Positions 46,964 to 56,728 of a stretch of 64,000 nucleotides of DNA are shown in pieces. The translations under genes were made by a program, and so were the position numbers. Where the stretch lies: the NCBI GenBank assembly GCA_040901675.1, contig JBBDYJ010000011.1, forward strand, positions 120,246 through 184,245, in the 5' to 3' direction. Each line of letters begins with the position of its first letter. The stretch's first letter is position 1. Under the pieces are notes generated by a model. That model saw only the letters and a list, made by a program, of their open reading frames with translations, had not been told where the DNA came from and did no database searches. Origin of the DNA: Pirellulales bacterium. Its GTDB lineage: Bacteria > Planctomycetota > Planctomycetia > Pirellulales > JAICIG01.

Positions 46964-47275
46964 ATGGATCAATTCGTCATGGGAGCATTGGGATCGGCTT
47001 CGTCCGTAGGGATGGATAAGTTCGTCATGGGGGCATTGGCAATGGCTTTGGCCGTGGCCGGGCTGTTCTTTCTCCGCTTTTGGAAGGAAACCGGCGACCG
47101 GCTGTTTCTGATCTTTGCCGTGGCCTTCTGGCTGCTCGGCTTGACCCGCATTGCCCTGGCCCTGACCCCCCAATCCCAAGAACATCACAGCTATGTTTAC
47201 CTGATCCGACTGCTGGCCTTTGTCCTGATCCTGCTGGCCATCGCCGACAAGAACCTGGCCCGCAAAACCCCTTGA
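46964..47275 (+). CDS. DUF5985-like small 3-TM membrane protein (alternative start 47012)
   Basis: AGLFFLRFWKETGDRLFLIFAVAFWLL...YLIRLLAFVLILLAIADKN. Confidence 0.8.
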   Translation: MDQFVMGALGSASSVGMDKFVMGALAMALAVAGLFFLRFWKETGDRLFLIFAVAFWLLGLTRIALALTPQSQEHHSYVYLIRLLAFVLILLAIADKNLARKTP

Positions 47276-47307
47276 AACCCGCCGCATCCCGCGTCAAAAA
47301 CCAATCG

Positions 47308-48279
47308 TCACCGACCCGCGGGCCCGCCGCGCCAGCCCGTCTGCTCGATCCGCTCCAGCTCGCCCTGGATATCCTTCCCCTCGTAAAACGACAGCCAGCC
47401 GCTCAACCGCCGCGTTTCGCCCGCCTCGCAGTCGGCAAACTGGGGATCGGAGTGCAGGCAGGGGCACTTCTCGTTCGCCCATACCCGCTGGTGCGGCTCC
47501 CAGCCCGTGATAATCCAGCGGCTGCCGTCCTCGTTCCGGCACGCCGCGTAGGGCGGCGAAAACAGCTTGTTCTCATTGTCCTGCTGGTCGAAGCCCGCCG
47601 CCTGTTTCAGCATCACGCAGTTCTGCACCCGCAAGTCGGTCAGACGCTGCTGGGTCCCGTTGGTCAGCCAAAGCTCCATCCGGACCGCGGCGGCCGAAGC
47701 CACGACGCGCGCGCCAAACTTGATCCCATTGGGCAACTCCCGCTCACTTTCCAGCGAGCCGTCTTGCCCCGCCTTCCACTCCAGAGGCGCCAGCTCGATT
47801 CCCTGCCTGGTCCAGACGGTCGGCACGTGCGTGTGCGCCAGGTACGTCAGCCCCAGGTTCGACCAGATCGCTTCCGGCACGTCGACCACCACGTAGCTGT
47901 TCGGATCCCAGGGCGTGAACACGCTGACTTTGGTTTCACGCTGCGGGCGGATCGCTCCCTCCAGGAAGCCCCGCCGCGGATGGCGCCCGCCCGGATACGG
48001 AAGCACGTCCAGCGCATCCCCGGGCCGGCGCTCCGGGCGGCCCGACGGCTCGATCCCGAACTTCGCCAGCACCGCGGGCACTTCATCGGCCCCAATGCCG
48101 GTCGCCTCCGAGATCTCCAGATGACTGAAGCGGTGGTACCACACCATGTTCACCAGCCACGCGCGCAGCTCCTGGTTGCTCGATGCCCGCCGCGCGTTCG
48201 AGGGCTCTTGGCCAAGCCCCGCCGCGGCCGAAACGAGCAACGCCGCCGCCAACAGCCACAATCGCTTCCTGCCGCTCAT
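47308..48279 (-). CDS. Secreted hypothetical protein
   Basis: Clear signal peptide; WLVNMVWYHRF, LPYPGGRHPRRGFLEGA, YLAHTHVP, CPCLHSDP; GC-rich coding pattern. Confidence 0.78.
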   Translation of the reverse strand: MSGRKRLWLLAAALLVSAAAGLGQEPSNARRASSNQELRAWLVNMVWYHRFSHLEISEATGIGADEVPAVLAKFGIEPSGRPERRPGDALDVLPYPGGRHPRRGFLEGAIRPQRETKVSVFTPWDPNSYVVVDVPEAIWSNLGLTYLAHTHVPTVWTRQGIELAPLEWKAGQDGSLESERELPNGIKFGARVVASAAAVRMELWLTNGTQQRLTDLRVQNCVMLKQAAGFDQQDNENKLFSPPYAACRNEDGSRWIITGWEPHQRVWANEKCPCLHSDPQFADCEAGETRRLSGWLSFYEGKDIQGELERIEQTGWRGGPAGR

Positions 48280-48692
48280 GCCGCCATCTTAACCAATTCG
48301 ACCAGCCCCTGCTGGCCCGCAAAGCGGCCTATCGCTTCCGCAGCAGAATATCGCCCACCAGGGCCAGAATGGCCGCCAGGCCAATGCCCAGCGTCGAGTG
48401 AATCAGCACCAGCGGCATGGGAAGCCCTCCGAGCGAGGTGGAAGAATGCCGGCGTCCGTGCACCTGGCGCGCCATCCATGCCGGTTGCTGTCTTCGGCCT
48501 CTTTGCCCGGCAGGCTTTGGCCAGATCTGCCGAGCCAAACCTGGCCGTCATGAGCCGTCAGGTCGCTTGTCGTCGCGCAGCTTTGCCCCGGCCGACTGTT
48601 CCGCACAATCACGTTCGTAGTGACCGCATTCATGCGGTCCATCGCTCGTGGTGAACGGATTCATGCGGTCGGTCTGTGTCCGCCGCCCGCCT

Positions 48693-50000
48693 CTAGAGGG
48701 CCCGTCGGATGCGACGGGGAGGGCGCCCTCCGCGGCCCATCATTGGAGTGGGGGGCTTCTTGGCGGCCTCCTCGGGTGGTGGGCCGGCGCCGGCCGCTTC
48801 CCCGGCCGGTCCGTTCGATTCGCCGACCGATGCCGGACGCCGCGGGACGGCGGCGTCGAAGCCTTCCATCTCCGCCCGCTTCAGCAGGCGATCGATCCGC
48901 ATCTCGATCCGCGTCAGCTCCGGACCTTCCTCCGGCGTGACAAAGGTATAGGCCACGCCTTCGCGGCCCATCCGGCCGGTGCGGCCCACGCGATGCACGT
49001 AATCGTCACAGAAGCTGGGGATGTCGTAGTTGACGATGTGCGAGATGCGGGTCACGTCGATGCCGCGCCCGACGACGTCGGTCGCTACCAGGCAGCGGAC
49101 CTGGCCCTCGCGGAAGCTTGCCATGACCCGGTCGCGGTTGCGCTGCGGCAGATCGCCGTGGATGCAGTCGACGTCCTCCAGCTTTTTTTGCAGGTTCCGG
49201 TGCACCTTTTCAGTGCCTCGCTTCGTGCGGCAGAATACGATCGCCTGCCGGGGGTTTTCACGCCGCAGCAGTTTCACCAGCAGCTCGAACTTCCTTTCCG
49301 GCACAACCGTGAAGTAGAACTGCTCGATCGTCTCCACCGCCACGTCGGTCGGCGAGAAGTTGAGCGTTTCCGGGTCGCGCATGTAACGCGTGGCCAGACG
49401 CGCCACCGGCGGCGGAACCGTCGCGCTCAACAGCAGCGTCTGACGCGAGGCGGGGCAGCGCCTCAGGATCTTCTCGATGTCCGGCCGAAAACCGATGTCC
49501 AACATCCGGTCGGCCTCGTCCAGCACCACCGTACGCAAGTCCGACAGCGTCAGCGTGCCGCGGCCCATGTGGTCCAGCACGCGGCCCGGCGTGCCCACGA
49601 TGCAGTCGATGCCCCGCTTCAGTTTTTCGATCTGCGCGCGGATGGGTGTCCCGCCGTACAGGGCCGCCGCGTTCACTTTCTGGCCGTGTGCCAGTTTCAC
49701 CAGTTCGTCGCGGACTTGAACGGCCAGCTCGCGGGTGGGCACCAGGATCAGCGCTTGGGGCGTGCGGCTGCCTTTGCGGTGCTCCAACCGCTCCAGAATC
49801 GGAATCGCGAAGGCTGCCGTCTTGCCAGTGCCGGTGCGGGCTTGCCCCATCACGTCCACCCCCGCCAGGGCACGCGGGATCAGGCCGGCCTGAACGGGAG
49901 TCGGCTCGGCGTATCCGGCTCGGTCCAGCGCGGCAAGCATCACCTCCGAAAGAGAAAGTCTTCCAAAACCAGATACGGTTTCAACGGATGAATCGGCCAA
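48693..50000 (-). CDS. DEAD-box ATP-dependent RNA helicase
   Basis: Q motif PTPVQ, TGTGKT, PTRELA, DEAD, SAT, HRVGRTGR; TTG start after GGAG. Confidence 0.96.
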   Translation of the reverse strand: MADSSVETVSGFGRLSLSEVMLAALDRAGYAEPTPVQAGLIPRALAGVDVMGQARTGTGKTAAFAIPILERLEHRKGSRTPQALILVPTRELAVQVRDELVKLAHGQKVNAAALYGGTPIRAQIEKLKRGIDCIVGTPGRVLDHMGRGTLTLSDLRTVVLDEADRMLDIGFRPDIEKILRRCPASRQTLLLSATVPPPVARLATRYMRDPETLNFSPTDVAVETIEQFYFTVVPERKFELLVKLLRRENPRQAIVFCRTKRGTEKVHRNLQKKLEDVDCIHGDLPQRNRDRVMASFREGQVRCLVATDVVGRGIDVTRISHIVNYDIPSFCDDYVHRVGRTGRMGREGVAYTFVTPEEGPELTRIEMRIDRLLKRAEMEGFDAAVPRRPASVGESNGPAGEAAGAGPPPEEAAKKPPTPMMGRGGRPPRRIRRAL

Positions 50001-50186
50001 TTCTACTCCTACCTGCTCCTACCTGCTGAATACTCCCTGCCCAACAAGCCAACACCCCCCAAGTTTACTTATATTTACCTAACCTTATCAGGCGGAATGG
50101 TTTTCGTCAATCCGCGCAAACATTAGGCCGACACGTTTCCTCCCCGGAAAGCGCGTCGGCCTCTCTCGTTGTAGTCGGATCGCTCG

Positions 50187-50363
50187 TCAGATGGCTGCGG
50201 GCGGCTTGGCTGTGGTCCGCCGAGCCAGTCGCTTGGCCGGCGTGGCGCCGGTCTTCTTCAGCGACCGCTTCGCACCCGTCTTGCGCTTCTTCGACGAGCG
50301 ACGGGTCGTCTTGCTGCCGGGCTTCTTGGCAGACTTCTTGGTGGCCTTCCGCTTGGTTGCCAT
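50187..50363 (-). CDS. Small histone-H1-like Lys/Arg/Ala/Thr-rich protein (58 aa)
   Basis: Not in ORF track. GAGGAG..AAGGA upstream; MATKRKATKKSAKKPGSKTTRRSSKKRKTGAKRSLKKTGATPAKRLARRTTAKPPAAI. Confidence 0.72.
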   Translation of the reverse strand: MATKRKATKKSAKKPGSKTTRRSSKKRKTGAKRSLKKTGATPAKRLARRTTAKPPAAI

Positions 50364-50613
50364 ATCCTTGGCTCCTCAATTGCTGGGCACCCCACATTCG
50401 TTTTCAAGCAACTCCCCCGGGTACCCTCAAGGGGAAGCCGTCGAGGCCGGGAGATCCTCCTCCCGTTCGTTGCCGAACCAGGCCGGCGACGAAGTGCCTG
50501 CGAAGGCCGGAAAGCTGCCGGGTCATTCCCGTTCGCCTTCCAACTTTGCGCATTGAAGCAGGTTTGCCCATTTCGCGTCAAGGCGAATCCTCGCCGGGGG
50601 TCTCTGCCCCGAG

Positions 50614-50654
50614 CTGCTTGGAGGTCCCGACCTTGTCGGGACCGAGAAGCAGTG
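50614..50654 (+). repeat. Intergenic palindromic repeat (CTGCTT...AAGCAG family)
   Basis: ctgcttggaggtcccgaccttgtcgggaccgagaagcagtg; related copy at 63879-63950. Confidence 0.75.
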
Positions 50655-50730
50655 TTCGTGCAGAGCCCACGACTCGGCGCGGCGCATCTTTGCTACTTGC
50701 CTATCTGGCTCGCTTCGTTCAGGCTGATCC

Positions 50731-52281
50731 ATGATGCACTCAACGCTCGAAGATCTTGTTCGCGAGCTGACCACGCTCTCTTCGCTCGACGAGAGCCGGC
50801 GGGCCGAGTGGCACCACTGCGCCTTGCGCGCCCACCTCGGCACATTCGAAGTGGAGCAGCTCCTCGATTCCCTCTCGTCGCTCAGCCAGTCGCAACCCCC
50901 CACGGCCGCCGATGAAGCCGCTTGGATTGCCCTCCTCGAATCCGCTTGCCGCGCCCTGGAACGCCACGAGCCGGGGCGCCTCCGGCCCCAGTCGGTCGCC
51001 CGCATGGGCGCCATGTATCGGCGCCTTGCGGACCGAGGCCGCATAAGCCGCCAACTCTTGCGATTGCTGGCCATCGACGCGGCCCGCGACTCGCTTGTCA
51101 TGTTCGCCGAACTGCTGGCCGACAGCCCGCCCGTCGAGGCCCAGGACGTCCTGGTTGCATTCGCGCCCCTCTTCCAGCGGCGGTCGAGCGATTACGCGGC
51201 CTTGTTCCCACGGCTCCTCGATGGCCTGGAGCATCCGACCGTGGCCACGGCCGTGCTCGACTTGTCGAACTTCCTGGCGCGTGCCGGTCTGGTGCCGCGT
51301 CATCCCGCCGCGCCTCGGGTCCGCCAGTTAGCCGAGTTGCTGGGCGGGCTGAGCACTCGGTTGGCGCGCGTCGAAGAGCACCCCGATCAGTTCGCCGACT
51401 CCCGGCAGGCCCTCGAATCGCTGGTGAGCGAAAGCGTGGCCCTGATCGTCGCCCTCTGCGATGCCCTGGCCGGCATCGGCGAGAAATGGGTCACCGGCAA
51501 GCTCTACCAGGCGCTCGAACTCTCGCACCGCCGGGTCCGAACCGAAGCCGCCGCGGCGCTGGCCCGGCTCGGAGATCCAAAAGGCATCGAAACCCTCGTG
51601 GCCATGGCCGCTGAGCCCGTTGTTCGCTCGCGCGCCCTGGCTTATCTCGACGAACTGGGGCTCCTGGAGCGAGCCCCCGAACAGTGCCGCACGAGCGAAG
51701 CGCGGGCCATCGGCGATCTGGCGGCCTGGCTGGCCGAGCCGACCCAGTTCGGCCTGCCGCCCCAGTCGATCGAAGTCTTCGACCATTGCCGGCAGCACTG
51801 GCCAGGCTACAGCGCACCGGTCGACTGCTACCTCGTACGCTACGAATACAGGCTGCCCGCCGGGCAGCTATGGGGCATCGCCCTGGCCGGCCCCGGCACG
51901 TCGGCCGTGTTGGCCGACCTGGCCGACTTGCCCCCGGCCGATATCTACGCCGTGTACGCGGGCCGCGACACCGAGCATGCCGAGATCACCGAGACTGCAG
52001 CGGCCGACCTGGCCGAGCGCGAGCGGGTATCGTGGGAGCAGGTCCGCTCGCGTCTGGAGGTCGAAGGCTTCTCTGATCTGGAGTTGATCAAGCTGGGCCG
52101 GTTCTTTGGCGAGGAGCATTGGATAGCCAATGCCCGGCATGGCGAGCGCCGCGGCGTGATGATTCACGACGGGCGGCAGACGGAGTGGCATCCCCACGTC
52201 CCAGGGAAGCGGCCGCTGGGGTCCACCGAGTTTTACCAGCTTCACAAAGGCCGCAAATTGCTCCGCGCCTTCAACCCCTAA
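50731..52281 (+). CDS. HEAT-repeat-containing hypothetical protein
   Basis: Helical; HRRVRTEAAAALARLGD..GIETL..EPVVRSRAL. Confidence 0.8.
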   Translation: MMHSTLEDLVRELTTLSSLDESRRAEWHHCALRAHLGTFEVEQLLDSLSSLSQSQPPTAADEAAWIALLESACRALERHEPGRLRPQSVARMGAMYRRLADRGRISRQLLRLLAIDAARDSLVMFAELLADSPPVEAQDVLVAFAPLFQRRSSDYAALFPRLLDGLEHPTVATAVLDLSNFLARAGLVPRHPAAPRVRQLAELLGGLSTRLARVEEHPDQFADSRQALESLVSESVALIVALCDALAGIGEKWVTGKLYQALELSHRRVRTEAAAALARLGDPKGIETLVAMAAEPVVRSRALAYLDELGLLERAPEQCRTSEARAIGDLAAWLAEPTQFGLPPQSIEVFDHCRQHWPGYSAPVDCYLVRYEYRLPAGQLWGIALAGPGTSAVLADLADLPPADIYAVYAGRDTEHAEITETAAADLAERERVSWEQVRSRLEVEGFSDLELIKLGRFFGEEHWIANARHGERRGVMIHDGRQTEWHPHVPGKRPLGSTEFYQLHKGRKLLRAFNP

Positions 52282-52352
52282 ACCGGCCGTGTCGGGCTCG
52301 GATCAATCCTGGTCTCGCCCTTGCACGCCGCCAAGCCAACACCCTCTCCTCC

Positions 52353-52510
52353 TCGGGTGCCACTGCTGGCTTGCCCAGCAGTACTGTCCCGGCACAACGC
52401 CCTTCCTTCCTCCTTCCGCCTTGTGCCTTCTAGTTCCCTCCTTCGTCCTTCTGCCTTCGTTCTTCTGCCTTCGTCCTTCTGCCTTCTGCCTTCCCCCCTT
52501 CCTCCTTCAG
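52353..52510 (+). repeat. Composite repeat: GGTG+CACTGCTGG/CCAGCAGT hairpin followed by pyrimidine-rich heptamer array (CCTTCnn)
   Basis: About 50 bp near-identical to 56379-56428, then ccttcgt/ccttctg tandem units. Confidence 0.85.
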
Positions 52511-53704
52511 CCCGTCGGCCCAGCGTTGGAGCATCTGGAACTGCAGGGCGAAGTCGTGCTCGTCCACTCCCAGCGGGCTCTTGAAGAAACTGGCCAAAAA
52601 CGTCAACCGCCCGGTGTCCCCATGCCGCCAGGCACGGTGCGTGAACCGCACCAGGTCGAGCACCAGGGGCGCCGCCAACAGCGAGTCGCAACCCTGCCAG
52701 ATGAATTGAAAGGTCATCGGCGTGCCGAGGAAGCCCGTGAAGTGCACGTGGTCCCAGGCGGTTTTCCAGTCTCCCATGCTCTGGATGTACTCGATCGACA
52801 CCAGCGTCTGGGGCTGGTAACCCAGGATCTGGCCGAGCAGACGGTCCTTGCTGGTCACCTTGGCCTGCTTATTGGCCGGATCGTCCAGGACCTTGCCGTC
52901 CATGTTGCCGAAGATGTTGTGTCCCACCCAGCTCATCACGTCGAGATGGCGTTTGCCGAACATGGGGGCCAAGGTGCTCTTCAGCAGTGTCTCGCCGGTC
53001 TTGCCGTCGCATCCCATGTGCCGCGTGCCCCGCTCGCGGGCCAACTCGTCGATGGCCGGCAGCCCGGAACCCAGCGATGGCGTGAAGTTGATGTACGAGT
53101 GACCCTGGTCCAGCGCCGCAATCGCGTACAGCGAACTGGCCGGCAGCCCGCACCGCCGCGGCTTGTCGATCAGTTTGTCCAACTCGGCCCAACGCTCCGG
53201 CAGGGCGGCCGTCTCGACCGGCGGCTCGGTCGAAGCCACGTTGACCACCACCAGGTGGGCCAACTGCTGTTCGCGGACAAAAGAGCTCAAGTCGGCCTGA
53301 ATCCGCTCGATCGCCTGCCGTGGCGTTTCGCTACGGCGCCGCACGGCCGGCGACGCCAGGCCCTCGATCGTGCTGCCGACGTTCAGCACGCTTCCCGGCT
53401 TGATCGATCGGTCGATACGCTCCAGCTCGCGCTTCGAGCGCGCCAGCAACCGCTCATCGATGGCCCGGCTCTCGCTGTGCATGCGCAGGGCCTCGTCGTA
53501 CGAGCGCACGTCGCGGATCTCGTGGCCGCCGATGACAAAGTCTTTCCAGTCGGCCAATCCCAGTCCCGCAAACCTCGGCAACTCGCTCACCAGGCCTGCG
53601 GTGCCCACCAGGCCCTTCTGCAAAGCGATCAAACCGACCGTGGCGGTCGAGGCCACTCCGCCTTTGGCCCCGATCAGCCAGATTCCAATGCGATTTCTCG
53701 CCAT
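52430..53704 (-). CDS. ino1: myo-inositol-1-phosphate synthase
   Basis: GAKGGVAST, VVNVASTE, YINFTPS, GCDGKTGETLLKS, WQGCDSLLAAPLVLDL, SFFKSP; start MARNRIG. Confidence 0.93.
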   Translation of the reverse strand: MARNRIGIWLIGAKGGVASTATVGLIALQKGLVGTAGLVSELPRFAGLGLADWKDFVIGGHEIRDVRSYDEALRMHSESRAIDERLLARSKRELERIDRSIKPGSVLNVGSTIEGLASPAVRRRSETPRQAIERIQADLSSFVREQQLAHLVVVNVASTEPPVETAALPERWAELDKLIDKPRRCGLPASSLYAIAALDQGHSYINFTPSLGSGLPAIDELARERGTRHMGCDGKTGETLLKSTLAPMFGKRHLDVMSWVGHNIFGNMDGKVLDDPANKQAKVTSKDRLLGQILGYQPQTLVSIEYIQSMGDWKTAWDHVHFTGFLGTPMTFQFIWQGCDSLLAAPLVLDLVRFTHRAWRHGDTGRLTFLASFFKSPLGVDEHDFALQFQMLQRWADGLKEEGGKAEGRRTKAEERRQKDEGGN

Positions 53705-53913
53705 ACTTTCTCGGCTTGGGTGCTCGCTGCCTCGCGAGCAGGCGGGCGTGCTGATCCGGGCAGGCCGGCGGTGGGAGGGCGGCGGAAAACTCGCAGTCCG
53801 ATTGGCACCAGGCGTGGCAGGGGCGCGCCCTTGGAAGCGAACCCGCAAACCATTATGATTGTCCGGCTACCAGGCTGCGTCAAGCGGCCCGCATTCCGCC
53901 CCCTCCAGTTGCC

Positions 53914-55119
53914 ATGCCACTTGCCACCTCGCGTATTGTGCAGGCCCTCGAACCATCGGCCACCCTGGCCATGGCCGCCAAGGCCAAGCAACTCAAGGCC
54001 AACGGCAAGACCGTCTACGACTTCAGCGTCGGAGAGCCCGATTTCATCACCCCGCGGCACATCCGCGAGGCGGCCGCCGCCGCCATGGACGCCGGCCACA
54101 CCCATTACACGCCCGTCGCGGGCATCCCGGAGCTCAGGGCCGCCGTCGCCCGGCAATACCAACAGCGGCACGGCCTCGAATACTCGCCGCAGCAGGTCGT
54201 TGTTTCCAACGGGGCCAAGCACTCGTTGCACAACGTGTTCACGGCCCTGTTGAACCCGGCGGACGAGGTGATCATCCCCGCCCCTTACTGGGTCAGCTAT
54301 GCCGAGCTGGTCAAGCTCACCGGCGCCAGGCCGGTGATCGTGCCCACGCGCGAAGCGGACGACTTCAAATTGCGTCCCGCCCAACTGCAAGCTGCCCTCT
54401 CGCCAAACAGCCGGATGCTGTTGATTTGCTCGCCCTCGAACCCCACCGGAACCATCTACTCGCCCGATGAGCTCGGCCAACTGGCCGAGGTGGCCATCGA
54501 GCGCGACCTGCTGGTCGTAGCCGACGAAATCTACGAGCGCCTGGTCTATGGCACGCATCGCTTCGCCAGCTTCGCCACGCTCCGGCCGGCTCTGCCGCAG
54601 CGAACGGTCACGGTCAACGGCGTGAGCAAGGCCTACGCCATGACGGGCTGGCGGATCGGCTGGACACTTTCGCCGGTGGAGGTGGCCCGCTCGATGGAGA
54701 GTCTGCAAAGCCAGGAGACGTCGAACCCGTCGAGCATCAGTCAATACGCCGCATTGGCTGCTCTCGAGGGTCCCCAGCAATGCGTCGACGAGATGCTGGC
54801 CGAGTTTTCCCGGCGGCGCGATTATGTGCGAGGCCGGATTGCCCAGTTGCCCGCTGTGACCGGCCCTGACATGGGCGGCGCCTTTTACGCCTTTATCAAC
54901 ATCCAGGCCCACCTGGGGCGGAGCTACGGCGGCGTGTGGGTGGGCGACTCGAGTCAATGGTGCCTGGAGCTCTTAGCGCAACAGGGAGTGGCGACGGTGA
55001 TGGGTTCGGCGTTTGGCGCCGAAGGCTATGCCAGGATAAGCTTTGCGACGAGCCTTGAGAGCTTGCGGTCCGGATTCGACCGGATCGAGGCATTTCTGAA
55101 GTCCGCCACGCCACCGTAG
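53914..55119 (+). CDS. PLP-dependent class I/II (aspartate) aminotransferase
   Basis: VGEPDF, SPSNPTG, DEIYE, SKAYAMTGWRIG. Confidence 0.95.
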   Translation: MPLATSRIVQALEPSATLAMAAKAKQLKANGKTVYDFSVGEPDFITPRHIREAAAAAMDAGHTHYTPVAGIPELRAAVARQYQQRHGLEYSPQQVVVSNGAKHSLHNVFTALLNPADEVIIPAPYWVSYAELVKLTGARPVIVPTREADDFKLRPAQLQAALSPNSRMLLICSPSNPTGTIYSPDELGQLAEVAIERDLLVVADEIYERLVYGTHRFASFATLRPALPQRTVTVNGVSKAYAMTGWRIGWTLSPVEVARSMESLQSQETSNPSSISQYAALAALEGPQQCVDEMLAEFSRRRDYVRGRIAQLPAVTGPDMGGAFYAFINIQAHLGRSYGGVWVGDSSQWCLELLAQQGVATVMGSAFGAEGYARISFATSLESLRSGFDRIEAFLKSATPP

Positions 55120-55183
55120 CCGGATTCGCCAGAATTCGGGCCGCACCCTGGCCGTATGAGCGAGAAAATTCCGGCCACTGTGC

Positions 55184-55237
55184 TTGACAGGCATTTTGCC
55201 GGGCATCATATTGGGTGCAATTGAGACGCAGTCGCAA
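55184..55237 (+). promoter_or_regulatory. sigma70 promoter plus Fur-like operator upstream of bfd
   Basis: TTGACA(55184)-N17-CATATT, then the 7-3-7 inverted repeat TTGAGAC-GCA-GTCGCAA (55221-55237, one mismatch). Confidence 0.6.
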
Positions 55238-55374
55238 AAGCGTCTCGCCTCCTTCCCACCCGGATTTTCCACCGCCTAAGACCTACTCCAACGGCCCTTG
55301 ATTTCGCCCGGATGCCAAAGGCAATTTTTGGCGGAACATCGGCCTATGGCCAGCCCGAAGAACGCCGGACGACC

Positions 55375-55608
55375 ATGGTGGTTCTGGTACATTCCGCGAA
55401 CGACACGCTGATCTGCCACTGCCTTGGCATCAGCCAGTCCGAGATTACCCACGCCGTGGATGAAGGGAGTGTCCGTTCGCTCCGCGACGTAATCCACTGC
55501 ACCGGCGCCGGCAGCGGCTGCACGGCCTGTCACCGCCGGATCCGCCACCTGATCGAAGCCCGCCGCGGCATGCACGCGCCGGGCCAGCACTCAAGCCCGG
55601 CGGCCTAG
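55375..55608 (+). CDS. bfd: Bacterioferritin-associated [2Fe-2S] ferredoxin
   Basis: ICHCLGI...TGAGSGCTAC; adjacent to bfr. Start uncertain. Confidence 0.88.
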   Translation: MVVLVHSANDTLICHCLGISQSEITHAVDEGSVRSLRDVIHCTGAGSGCTACHRRIRHLIEARRGMHAPGQHSSPAA

Positions 55609-56087
55609 TCTTTCTCTTCTTCGCCCATCTGCTGCGCCAGGTAATGCTGGATGCCGACCTTCTCGATCAGGTCGAGCTGCGCTTCCAGCCAGTCGACGCT
55701 CTCCTCTGACTCGACCAGGATCTTCTCCATGATCTCCCGGCTGCCACCGTCCTTCAGATCCACGGCCAGCTTGATGGCGTCGTTGTAGGTTTTCACGGCG
55801 CCGTGCTCCAGCGCCAGATCGTTGTCGAGCTGCTCCTTCGGATCGGTGCCGACCCGGATCACGTCGTAGCGCGCGATCTCCGGCACGCCTTCCAAAAAAA
55901 TGATCCGGTCGACCAGCAGCTCGGCGTGCTTCATCTCTTCGATCGATTCGTGATAGTGATGTTCGGCCAGCCGGTGCAGCCCCCAGTTGCGGCACATTTT
56001 CGCCTGCACGAAATACTGGTTGATCGCGGTCAGCTCGATGGTCAAACCACTGTTCAGCGCGTCAATGATTTTGGTGTTGCCTTGCAT
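55605..56087 (-). CDS. bfr: Bacterioferritin
   Basis: MQGNTKII, ELTAINQYF, ESIEEMKHA (heme Met), RIIFLEG, DWLEAQL. Confidence 0.95.
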   Translation of the reverse strand: MQGNTKIIDALNSGLTIELTAINQYFVQAKMCRNWGLHRLAEHHYHESIEEMKHAELLVDRIIFLEGVPEIARYDVIRVGTDPKEQLDNDLALEHGAVKTYNDAIKLAVDLKDGGSREIMEKILVESEESVDWLEAQLDLIEKVGIQHYLAQQMGEEEKD

Positions 56088-56340
56088 GAGTTGTTCTCCG
56101 GCGCGATTCGAATTGTTTGTCCCGCTGCGAGAGTAGCGGGCGATCGCGCCCGAGGCAAGTCGCACTCTTGGTACCAAAATGAATCAACCCAATCGCGCGA
56201 AGGCGGCGCGCTCCGTCCACGCGCTTAGCTGTGAATCGGTCGCAACAAACGCCCTCGACGACTATCGCTTGCCAACCATTATGCGCTGCGACCGCGCCTC
56301 CGTCTCAGCTCGCTGGGCGCCAGCCTCCGGCCATTCGAAA

Positions 56341-56463
56341 CCTCTCCCTTGCACTCTGCCGAGCGAGCGGGTGCTTCGTCGGGTGCCACTGCTGGCTTGC
56401 CCAGCAGTGTTGTCCCGGCACAACGCCTCCCTCCTTCCTCCTTCCTCCTTCTGCCTTCCTTCC
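56341..56463 (+). repeat. Composite repeat, second copy (hairpin + CCTTCnn heptamers)
   Basis: tcgggtgccactgctggcttgcccagcagtgttgtcccggcacaacgcc + tccttcc units; 56341-56370 matches 63971-64000 at 27/30. Confidence 0.85.
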
Positions 56464-56728
56464 TGCCGCCAGCGGAAAAGCTGATCCAGCTTAGCCCGGA
56501 TGCCCGATTGTTCCGATAAGGCAGAAGGGCCAAACTGGGCAAAACTTTCCTCCGCAATGCCGTAAGCCGGCCTCGGGTTTCATTTTGAGCGCTTTTTTGG
56601 TACTCTCGCGGCATCCTCCGTCGCCCAGCGCGGAAGCTCGATAACGGGCCGAAGCGGCTTGGAACCTGCCCCCAAGTGGGTTCCTCGCGAGGCAACTTGC
56701 CAGCAGGGACCAGACAGGAGACCCCAGC

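Noticed and set aside
48276..48690. Short ORFs including hydrophobic MPLVLIHSTLGIGLAAILALVGDILLRKR
   Set aside because: No convincing start/RBS or family motif; possibly a gene remnant but unsupported.
50535..50575. Minus-strand GGGCAAACC...CGCAAAG resembling a c-di-GMP-I riboswitch
   Set aside because: Lacks the GNRA-capped stem and the second hairpin; an Infernal/Rfam scan would settle it.
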